NCBI GenBank assembly: GCA_951406725.2
Contig: OX597830.1
Span: 22,506,001-22,570,000, forward strand
Reading direction: 5' to 3'
Source of the DNA: Octopus vulgaris
Lineage: Eukaryota
DNA length: 64,000 nucleotides
Positions 13,566-25,500 of the stretch are shown piece after piece; position 1 is the first letter of the stretch, and each line of letters starts with the position of its first letter. Under the pieces are notes generated by a model. The model saw nothing but the letters and a program-made list of their open reading frames with translations, was not told the DNA's origin and ran no database searches. The translations under genes were made by a program, and so were the position numbers.

Positions 13566-16500
13566 GTGAAATAGAAAGATGAATAATCTTGTAGTAGATT
13601 AATCAAAAGTTTAACCGATACCTTAGTAGCAAAAATCACAGCAGTAAAACAGAGTTTCGCCATGGGCTCTTAGGAGCATAGTTCGATTTGTTTTTGCTCC
13701 GCCTCTGTTCTGTTTTTGTTTTTCCAACGGATTTCCTATTTTCTTCCTGAAGAGAAAGACACAATATGGTCCCATTATTCCATCGGATTTTGGTAATTTG
13801 TGCCTTTCGAAACACGTGTAGAATGAAATAAAACGATTTCTGTTCAATCTGCGTTCAGCTCCATTTCTTCAATTCACCAATAATGTTCTATATATATATA
13901 TCATCATCATCATCATCATCATCATCATCGTTTAACGTCCGTTTTCCGCGCTAGCACGGGTTGGACGGTTTCGACCGGGGTCTGGGGAGCTCGGGACTGC
14001 CCCAGGCTCCAGTCTAGTCTGGCAGTGTTTCTACAGCTGGATGCCCTTCCTAACGCCAACCACTCCGCGAGTGTAGTGGGTGTTTTTACGTGCCACCTGC
14101 ACAGGTGCCAGAGGGGTCTGGCATCGGCCACGTTCGGATGGTGCTTTTTATGGGGGGGTGCAGAAATATAGGGGAGCACCAGTGGGAGGGGTGGTTCAGA
14201 GGACAGGTACTAGTCAAGTAGAACGTAGGATATCGAGAGAGGGGTAATGCATGGTGAAATAGCGTATTGAAGAGGGGGGTTCAAAGAGTAGACACCTATA
14301 ATGGTGGTGGGGGGTGCAGAAATATAGGGGAGCAGCGTATTGAAGAGGGGGGTTCAAAGAGTAGACACCTATAATGGTGGTGGGGGGTGCAGAAATATAG
14401 GGGAGCAGCGTATTGAAGAGGGGGGTTCAAAGAGTAGACACCTATAATGGTGGTGGGGGTGCAGAAATATAGGAGAGCACCAGTGGGAGGGGTGGTTCAG
14501 GGGACAGGTTCTAGGCAAGTAGAACGTAGGATATCGAGAGAGGGGTAATGCATGGTGAAATAGCGTATTGAAGAGGGGGGTTCAAAGAGTAGACACCTAT
14601 TATGGTGGTGGGGGGGATGCAGAAATATAGGGGAGCACCAGTGGGAGGGGTGGTTCAGAGGACAGGTTCTAGGCAAGTAGAATGTAGGATATCGAGAGAG
14701 GGGTAATGCATGGTGAATAGCGTATTGAAGAGGGGGTTCAAAGAGTAGACACCTATAATGGTGGTGGGGGGTGCAGAAATATAGGGGAGCACCAGTGGGA
14801 GGGGTGGTTCAGAGGACAGGTTCTAGGCAAGTAGAACGCAGGATATCGAGAGAGGGGTAATGCATGGTGAAATAGCGTATTGAAGAGGGGGGTTCAAAGA
14901 GTAGACACCTATAATGGTGGTGGGGGGATGCAGAAATATAGGGGAGCACCAGTGGGTGAGCACCAGTGGGAGGGGTGAGCACCAGTGGGAGGGGTGGTCC
15001 AGAGGACAGGTTCTAGGCAAGTAGAACGTAGGATATCGAGAGAGGGGTAATGCATGGTGAAATATCGTATTGAAGAGGGGGTTCAAAGAGTAGACACCTA
15101 TAATGGTGGTGGGAGAAGAAAAAAAAAAAAAAAAAAAACGACATCCGGTATAGTTGGAGCAAAATAGAGATATCCGGTATTGGTGGTGGGGGTGGGTAGG
15201 GCGGGCGCGCCGCGAAGAATCGGCAGCCAATTTCTATAAGGGAGATAGATCTTAAAAAATATCAATAATGATAACTAGTGAATTATACAGAATATGCAAA
15301 ACGAGGCGAGGCGAGGCGAGGCTGAAATAGTAAACAGAGTGGCGACTAGGGGGATCAGAATAATAATAATTAATAAATAATAATAATAAATAGAGATACG
15401 GATGAATTAAAGTTCAAAGATTTCTTATCTTGAGATCACTTCGTTTACGGACAGACTTGGCAAAAGGAATTCGGAATCAAGAATGAGGCAGTTTACTGGT
15501 TTAAGTATGCAATAGCCATGGCGGGTGGTAGGAAGAGAGGAGTCCAGACAGACGACAATGTAACGAGAGGGGGAGAGAAGGGAAGAGAAAAAGAAAAACC
15601 CCGCGAAGAATCGGCAGCCAATTTCTATAAGGGAGATAGATCTTAAAAAATATCAATAATGATAACTAGTGAATTATACAGAATATGCAAAACGAGGCGA
15701 GGCGAGGCGAGGCTGAAATAGTAAACAGAGTGGCGACTAGGGGGATCAGAATAATAATAATTAATAAATAATAATAATAAATAGAGATACGGATGAATTA
15801 AAGTTCAAAGATTTCTTATCTTGAGATCACTTCGTTTACGGACAGACTTGGCAAAAGGAATTCGGAATCAAGAATGAGGCAGTTTACTGGTTTAAGTATG
15901 CAATAGCCATGGCGGGTGGTAGGAAGAGAGGAGTCCAGACAGACGACAATGTAACGAGAGGGGAGAGAAGGGAAGAGAAAAAGAAAAACCCCGCGAAGAA
16001 TCGGCAGCCAATTTCTATAAGGGAGATAGATCTTAAAAAATATCAATAATGATAACTAGTGAATTATACAGAATATGCAAAACGAGGCGAGGCGAGGCGA
16101 GGCTGAAATAGTAAACAGAGTGGCGACTAGGGGGATCAGAATAATAATAATTAATAAATAATAATAATAAATAGAGATACGGATGAATTAAAGTTCAAAG
16201 ATTTCTTATCTTGGGATCACTTCGTTTACGGACAGACTTGGCAAAAGGAATTCGGAATCAAGAATGAGGCAGTTTACTGGTTTAAGTATGCAATAGCCAT
16301 GGCGGGTGGTAGGAAGAGAGGAGTCCAGACAGACGACAATGTAACGAGAGGGGGAGAGAAGGGAAGAGAAAAAGAAAAACCCCGCGAAGAATCGGCAGCC
16401 AATTTCTATAAGGGAGATAGATCTTAAAAAATATCAATAATGATAACTAGTGAATTATACAGAATATGCAAAACGAGGCGAGGCGAGGCGAGGCTGAAAT

Positions 16501-19500
16501 AGTAAACAGAGTGGCGACTAGGGGGATCAGAATAATAATAATTAATAAATAATAATAATAAATAGAGATAAAGGGGATCCAGCTGTAGGAACCATGCCAA
16601 AGAAGATATAGAACCTGCTGGAGCTTTCTGGCTCCTCTGTTCTTGTCAAACCATCCAACCAAGTCAGCATGAAAAGAATGATGGTAAATGATAATGATGA
16701 TATACATTTTTATATGTATATCTATATAATCAAAACTCCAATCTCAGAAACTATTTGTTGAAGTGCATTACACTAATGGCCCTTCCTTTCAGCACCTGTC
16801 TCCCTACCATCCACCTCTCTTGCTAAGTAACTCCTGTCTTGCTAAGTAACTCCTGTCTAGCTTTATGTAATTGCTACCTCACTGTCTATATGTACATTTA
16901 TATAATTGCAGTAATATGATTGTATACAGTAAAAAAAAAAAAAATGTTATATACTGGCTTTATTGTTAAATTTTGATCCAATCTATTATGTAACATGTTG
17001 GGATATATTATTTCAGTAAGAATATTATGAATTATATTTTATTAACAACATAGTTTTATAGAAAGAAAAAACACATTAAAAGTATGAAAGATCAAATTAG
17101 AGACCTGCCCACCTCATAACTACCTCACCAAGGGAACAAAAATAATAAAAGTAAAAAGGAGGTGGGGGGAGTAATGTTGAGAATAAATGGGTTGTACACC
17201 ATAGAGCAGTCATGTCTGCCTTGTGGACATGATTGCAATCGGGTTGCTGTGGAGACTGGCCAACAACATTTGCTGCAACAGTCACCCCCACCTTGCAGAG
17301 CTCATATCTCTGACTGGCTGCAGTTACTTTGATTTTGCAGAGAAAATCAGCAGTGTGGGTTTGGAGAACACCTAAAGTTTATGACTTGGATATTTTGCAT
17401 AATTTATTTCAAGCCTCTTTATTAAAAAAAAAAAAGAAAAAAACCCAAAAAACTTTGGCACAGATGTAGCTGTGTGGTAAGAAGCTTGCTTCTCAACCAC
17501 ATAGTTCCTGGTTCCATCCCACTGTGTGGCACCTTGGGCAAGTGTCTTTTACTATGGCCTCGGGCCGACCAAAGCCTTGTGAGTGGATTTGGTAGATGGA
17601 AGCCGGAAGAAGCCTGTCGTATGTATGTACGTATAATGTGTGTGCGTGCTTGTATTTGCTCCCCACCACCACGACAACTAGTGTTGATGTGTTTATGTCC
17701 CTGTAACTTAAAAGTTTGACAAAAGAGACTTATTCCTGGTGCTCCAGCTTGATCACAGTCAAATGACTGAAACAAGTAAGAGAGTAAAAGAATCAAATTA
17801 AAGCGTATGGTTACCTAAAGTGTTGGAGGTAGTGTTGAAATGAATGTTGAATAGTGATTGTATTAAATATATTTTAAGTAGGATTTTTTTCTATTTTATT
17901 TTTTTTTTGCTCTCTAAAATCCTCTTGGTTGTTCTTAGCATGTTAGGATTTCACTTTGCCTTTTTATCTCTTCTCTGGGGAAATATTCCCTTCTGTACAA
18001 ACAGGTGAAGGTTGGCAACAGGAAGGGCATCTGGCTGTGAGGGGGAAAAAAAAAAGCTACCTTAGTAAAATCTGTCCAGCCCATGCAAGCATAGAAAAGC
18101 AGACATTAAACTAATGATTATGATCTCTCTCTTTTCCTCTCTCCTATTTATCCAAAATAAAATCAATATGAGAATCGGCTGGAAACACAGCTATATTTCC
18201 ATATAGGAGGATATTTGGAAAGTTAAAACAAATGGTTATTTATGCTCATGGGCAACATTTGTGGTGTCATAATTTTAGTCTGCAAGAGAAATTAATTCTT
18301 TTCTCATGTTTCAGGTTGTCATAGTTTTAGTGTGAAAAAAAAATTCTTTCCTTGTTTTTCAAGTCTTACAAATAAAATAAAGACAAACTGCATTGCATTT
18401 TATTCTCTGTAACTTGTGCATAATTTATCTGTGTTTATGGATGACATTTTCTAAGCCGAGGAAATGCAGCTTCATAATTTTTGTTTATAAGGGAAATCAC
18501 TGTTTTCCATGCTCCATGTCTTTCAATGTAGTTTATAGTCTGAAAACAATTTTAAACAAAATACTGTTGCATGGGGATTTTTTTCTCTAGAACTTTAATT
18601 ATTTTTATAGCATCTTTTATCTTTTACTTGTTCCAATCATTAGACTGTGGCCATGCTGGGATTCCCACCTTATAGAATTTTAGTTGAATGAATCAACCCC
18701 AATAATTTTTTTTAAGCTTGGTGCCTATTTTATCAGACTCTTTTGCTGAACTGCTACATTAAGGGAATGTAATCAAACCAACACTGGTTATCAAGTGGTG
18801 GGACACACACACACATGGCAGGCTTCTTTCAGTCTCTGTCTACTAAATTTATTTACAAGGCTTTGGTTGCCCCAAGACTGCAGTAAATGACACTTGCCCA
18901 AGGTGACATGCAGTGGGACTGAACCTGGAACCATGTGGTTGGGAAGCAAACTTTTTATCACACAGCTGTGCCTGTTCGTAAATATTTCTGCCACAGAGAG
19001 CTGTATTATAATTTTAGCATGTAAGGAAAAAGAGTATTTTTTTTTTAAGGTTTCAACTGTCTTAAATCTAAATATAATTCTCAAAATAATAACCAAACTG
19101 AATAAAATATCATTCAATGAAGTTTTTTCGTTACAACTTAGGCATTTTCTCTGCTGTGCTCATGACATTTTTTATAGCAAGGCTCAAGTTATATTGTCAT
19201 AATTTTAGCATATTAACCCTTTCATTGCCATATTCATTTTGAGATGCTCTGTGTATCGTTCAATTAATTTTGTAAATAACAAAGAATTTAGTAAAATAAC
19301 TTAGTTATCATTAAGCTAGTGTTAGGAAAATAAATTGTGACTAAAGTCTGATGAAAGATTTTAATTCAAAACTTATGAAAACAAGACATTTGTACTACAG
19401 AGCCAGAGCTGGTTTCAGCTGGGTTGGTATTGAAAGGGTTAATCTTAATCTCCTCAGTGATACCTAATAACTAACCAAATGTTCTCTGCTGCTGCCTCAG

Positions 19501-22500
19501 TTTGCTAGCTCTTATTTACATTTGTTCCATCATTATCTTCTACAATCAATTCACAGAAATTTTTCATTGAACATGCATTATATTCATGTACCATCTCTCC
19601 TGCATACATCTGCCAACATTTTGATCCTGTCGTTTGCAATGCTTTCGGTTTTTTGTCTATATTAAATCTGCACATCATTAAACTAGTGACTAAGGTTTGG
19701 AGGAAGATTTTAAATCAAAACTTATAAAAACAAGACATTTGTACTGCAGAGCCAGAGGTGGTTTCAGCCAGGCTGGTATTGAAAGGGTTAAGGAAAAGGA
19801 ATTTTGTTTTTCAGGTTTCAAGTCTCTTAAAACTAAACGTAATTCTTAATAACAACTGAAGAGTATAAAATATCAGTGCATTGGGTTTTCTTCTACAACT
19901 TTGGATGTTTTTCTCCACAATTATGTAAAGAATGTGCAAATTAAGTAGGCCAGATTTGAAAGGGAGCAAGTCAAAATGTTTTATAAACTGTTAGAATTCA
20001 ACTGAAGCATATTACTGAAATATCCTTACTTCTTAATGTGGCATATACAGTAAGCAGTCTAGACCTAACACAAGTGTAAAGCCATTAAATAACTTTTATA
20101 TTTTTATATTTATATATTTTATATATATATATTAATTATTAGTGTAGCTGCACTATGTTATATGAAAACATGAAAACACTGCTGATGTCAAATGTTTTAG
20201 AATAAAGTATTGTTTGTGCTGTTTATGTTTTACACATTCCTTTCGTTTCATCCAACAGGTGATGAAGATGTTTATGTTTACAAGATCTCGTAAGTAGCCA
20301 TGGTTATCTTTTGTTCTCTTGTCACATAGTGTGTATGTGTGTGAGTGAGTGTGTTTGTGTACATGTGAACGAATGAATGTGTGTGTATATGTGTCTGTGT
20401 GTGTGTCTGTATGTATGAGTCTGAATGTGTGTGTCTGTGTGTGTGTGTGTGTCTGAATGTATGTGTCGTTGTGTGTGTGTCTGAATGTATGTGTCATTGT
20501 GTGTACCTGTGTGTGTATGTATGAGTCTGAATGTATGACTGTGTGTGTGTGTGTGTGTCTGTATGTTGAGTCTGAATGTGTGTGTCTCTATGTATGTGCG
20601 TGTTTGTGTGTGTGCCTGTGTGTGTATGAATGTGTGTGTGTGTGTGTATGTATGTGTGTGTGTGTGTGTGTGCCTGTGTGGGTCTGAATGTGTGTGTGTG
20701 TGTGTATAAGTCTGGATGGATGTATAGTCTGTGTGTTGGGTGGTGTGTGTCAGTCTATGTGTACGCGACCTCATTTGCATGTATTGGTTTATTTGTGTGT
20801 CTAAAAGAACACACCCACTTCCGTAGACATCTATACACAAACATACAGTCAAAATTGAAGAGTAACTTTATTACAATGCGTCTTCCCCATACTGTAAATA
20901 GTAGGTCAACATCTCCCTGGGTAGATGTGAGGTGCCAGTTGAAAGGGGTATGGTTACAGCAACATCTGAGTTTGTGTATCTAGAAAATGTAAGGAAATTG
21001 TTTACATTTTTTTTTAAAGCTTGTTTTGATTTAACCATTTTTAATTGGTATATCATGTGATCATGTGAATGACCAAACCAGACTATCAGATGTTGTTATA
21101 CATCACTGGTCACAATGCACTTTGCATCGTTTTAGGCATTAAATAACACCACACTGCTGGCTAAGTGAGCATGCCAACATTCCCCCTCCCCATCCTCCTC
21201 TGGTCAAAAGTGGGACTGGAGCAATGTGAAATGAAGTGTTTTGCTCAAGAACTCAATGTGCTGCCTGGTCTTGGAATCAAACCCACAATCTAGTGGTTGT
21301 GAATGCAACAGCCTAACTACTAGGCCACGTGCAACAAGTAAAAAGAAAAACTATAAAAAAAATGCACACATATACATACAGTAAAGTATATGAAAATGTT
21401 TTTAAATATCTAATGTGATTAGGGGTATCTTTCCATCCTTCTATTTGTCTGAGATCTGCTCTGGTACTTTTACTATGTCTGAACTTTATAGAAATGGTAA
21501 CAAGTCAAGTTAAGCGACCTAGGATACTTCCACCACGTCTCTTATTTTGTAGAATTGCTCTAACTGCTTGTTCAGTGCAGTCAAGTACTCAGTAGAAACA
21601 TAGATGTAAGCAGAGGCATGGCTGTGTGGTTAAGAAAGTTGCCTTATAACCATGTAGTTTTGGGTTCAGTCCCACCGTGCTGCACCTTGGGCAGGTGTCT
21701 TCTATTATAGCTCTTGGTCTTACCAATGCCTTGCGAATGGATTTAGTAGATGGAAACTAATAGAAACTTGTCGCGTGTGTATGGGTGTACATCTTTGTGT
21801 ATGTTTTTCTCTGCCAGTGACAAACAGTGTTGATTTGTTTGTGTCCCTGTAAGTTAGTGTTTTGATAAAAAATGAAGATTTCTTAGATCCATAGTTTCTG
21901 AAATTTCAGGGTGACAGTCAGTCAAACAATCAATCATTCAATAAATTAAGCAAGCAAATAAATGAAAACAAGGACCCTATAATCTTTTGATGTTTGACAT
22001 ATTTGAAGCTGTAAGGAAAGATGGAGCACAAAGCAAAAAAAATTAAAAAGAAATAAAAACCCAGCATTGAGGAAGTGAGGGCTTCAGGGCTGTTCTCTTA
22101 TTGAAGGGTTAAAACCCCCTGATTTAACCCTTTAGCATTCACATTATACAGTCAGAAGTATCATCATTTAATGTCTGCTTTCTATGCTAGCATGGGTTGG
22201 ACGATTTGACTGAGGATTGGCAAACCAGATGGCTGCACCAGGATCCAATCTTGATCTGGCAGATTTTCTACAGCTGGATGCCCTTCCTAACGCCAACCAC
22301 TCCAAGAGTGTAGTGGGTGCTTTTATGTGCCACCGGCACAAAGGCCAGTCAGGCGGTACTGACAATGGCCATGCTCAAATGGTGTATTTTATTTGGCACC
22401 AGCACAGGAGCCAGTCCAGCGGCATTGGCAACGACCTTGCTTGAATGTTTTTTCACGTGTCACCAGCACAAGTGCCAATAAGGCAACGCTGGTAACGATC

Positions 22501-25500
22501 ACGCTTGAATGGTGCTTTTTATACGTGCCACCAGCACGGAAGCCAGTTAGCCGCTCTGGCAGTGATCGCGCTCGGATGGTGCTCTTAGCATTCCACTAGC
22601 ACAATTTATTGAGTCTCATTGTTTCGTATCAATCATGCATTATGTTGTAGCTTTGAGATTTTGAAGAGGTAACTGTTAATTTTTAGAACGACATTGTAGT
22701 GTTGGTGTGAGAGGCCAGATCTGGCCAGTTTGATCATGAAACGGGTAGAATACTTTGACTGGACATGGCTGGTTTAAATGTTGAAGTATTAACACCTTGA
22801 TTATCTTCCCTCCTTCTCATTCTATCCTTTTACTTGCTTCTACATTGTCTTGCCTCATCATCTTTCTTCTTCACTTTCTCTCTCTGTCTCTGATGCCTTT
22901 TTGTTTTATTCTTCCAGACTTTTGCTGTGCACCCTTACCTTAGCCATATCCTTAGGTGCTGTCTTGCTGCTACCTATTTCTATAGTCAGTAACGAAGTCC
23001 TGTTACTTTATCCCGACAGTTACTACGTGAAGTGGCTCAACAGTTCTTTAATTCACGGTAAGCTGATTATCATGTTATTTGTCATTGTTTTAATCTCCTT
23101 GGGAGTTTGCAGAGATGGTGGTGGTGGTGGTTGTTGTGATGGTGGTGGTGGTAATGGTGGCATAACTATGTGGTTAAGAAGTTTATTCTACAAATGGATG
23201 GTTTTGGGTTTGGTGGCCTCTGTGATACTGTAGATGGTAGTCTTTTGTTAAATCCTCAAGTTGACCAATGGCTCCATGTGTGGAAGTTCATCAAAAGAAG
23301 TCATTTGTACATTATTTGCATTATTTACAATTAACGGATATTTGTCCTCATCTTGTTTGTTGTTAACACAACCCTCCAGTCTCCTTCAAGTGTCTTGTGG
23401 AAATTTCGAACCTGGGTTCTCATTCCTAAGGTATTTTTCGATGTTGGGCATGTAGCATAGTGGTTAAGAGCGCGGGCTACTAACCCCAAGATTCCGAGTT
23501 CGATTCCAGGCAGCAACCTTAATAATAATAATAATATCGAAAAATACCTTAGGTATGAGAACCCAGGTTTGAAATTCCCCCATAACACCTGATGAAGGCT
23601 GGAGAGCATATCAACCAAAACGTTTTGTTAAAAACAAACAAGATGAGGACAAATATCCGTTAAATGTAAATAATGTACATAATTCCTCATCTTTTAAATA
23701 TGGAACTGAAGTCATTCCTGTTCTTGGGCGGGAGATTTAACACTCGATTCAACACTGGCAGTTGGCTCTTTTGATGCCTTTAGCCAGTCTAGCAAATAAC
23801 TTCAGTGACCGAGCCTCAATGTAACTACCCAGCTTGCTAGAAATAGCAACCAAATTGCCTTTAAATTGTATCTTACTATCTAAAACGTAAAAAAAAAAAG
23901 AGACATTATATAATGTTGTTCTTAATTTACAAAACGATGGGATGATCTTGGCTGGAATGCCTTTGATCATAAATACGTCTGTTTGAGGCTGGCTTGGGGC
24001 CTAAATCGCATCATCTTTGTCCACTAGGGTGCCTAATATCTTTTGTTTTCAGAGACATATGTTGTTTTCTCTACTTCTTTGGGTTGATTAAATTTGTCTG
24101 TCCTTTGTCAAAAATACCCTCATAGCATCCCCAATATCTCTGCTGCACCATCACAAATCTTGCTTTTCTTTACATATTTCTTTCTTTAAATATTTTCTAT
24201 TCTTGAATTCTTTAAATTTTCTTTTGGAAATGTTACTATATATAAAAAAAAAAAAAGGAAAGAAAAGAAAAATTGCTGTGCAATGAAGGGCTTTTGCTCG
24301 AGAGGCTTTGATTGTGATCTCCCTCCCATGTCGCACACATTTATCCAAATATCTTGATTCTCATCTCTCCACACTGCAAAAACTTATTTATTCCAACACA
24401 AACCATTGCTAGTTTCTTGGACTCTGGTTTTTATTTGTTGCATGAGAAAGATAAGCAGATACTATTTATCATACACACACACACACACACTCTCACCAGC
24501 AACTATAAGTTATTTTCAGGTCAATGGCTCCCTGAATTCTACATGCTAACCAAGCCATACATGATGTGTCCTTGTGAATTAACTGCTTGTCTTTGTTTTT
24601 TTTGCAGAACTATGGAACTTAATATTCTTTCTTTCCAACCTGGCGCTCTTCATGTTGATGCCATTCTCCTACTTCTTCACAGAGTCGGAAGGGTTTTCTG
24701 GCTCAAGGAGGGTCAGTACATTCTCTCTGTATTCTCTTTCACTTTCTCTTCCCTATGTCCAAATTTTTCTTTACATGCTTCCCCTTTCACCATTATTCTT
24801 ATAACTTGGTGAAAATAAAATAATATTGAATATAGAAATAGTAGAGAATGCATAGTGAAAACTTTCTGTCTGTTATCATCAACCAACCACAGGAGAAACC
24901 CAAACAGCTTTCAATGACTCCTTTAATAAAAACACCCTTAACCCTTTATCATTTAAACTGGCCATATTCTACCTGTTTTATGTTTAAACTGACAAAATCT
25001 GGTCTCTCACACCTACCCTACAACGTTATTCAAAAACAGTTCAACGCTGCAAGATAATGCATGATTAATTCAAAGCAATGTGAATAACTAAGCATTACAT
25101 TTGACAAAGTAATCTGAACGCTAAAAGGTTAACTACTCTTATACTGAAATCTACTGCCAAACATATATCTCAGTAACCGCAGCAATAACCATTTCATGTT
25201 TCAGGGAATCATGGGCCGAGTCTACGAGACTGCAGTAGTGCTGATCATTTTAGGAATCCTGGTGTTTGGTATAGCCTGGGTGGCCTCTGCTCTCATAGAT
25301 GGAGATAAGAGCAGTCGACAGACCCTGTTTGGTGAGTAGTAGTAGTAATGGTGATGGTGGTATTATCATGATTTATTTTTTCCTTTAAAATTTTTCTTTT
25401 TTAGTTGTTAGTATAATGTAAATGTTGATGTTGATTATTATTTGTGTAAGTCCTTGATTGAAGAGACTTACGATCAAAAGTGTTCCAGCTATGACCATCC

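Noticed and set aside
14151-16570. Repeat array considered as CRISPR or as a hammerhead retrozyme multimer
   Set aside because: No unique spacers, eukaryotic context, and no CUGANGA core found in either unit on either strand.
23446-23519. Possible tRNA gene (also SINE heads at 2148, 33125-33200, 37375-37447)
   Set aside because: A and B boxes are present but the acceptor stem is poor and each runs into a SINE body.
24712-25204. Sequence homologue of the vertebrate ZRS enhancer
   Set aside because: Intron is short, largely a MITE, and shows no recognisable similarity.
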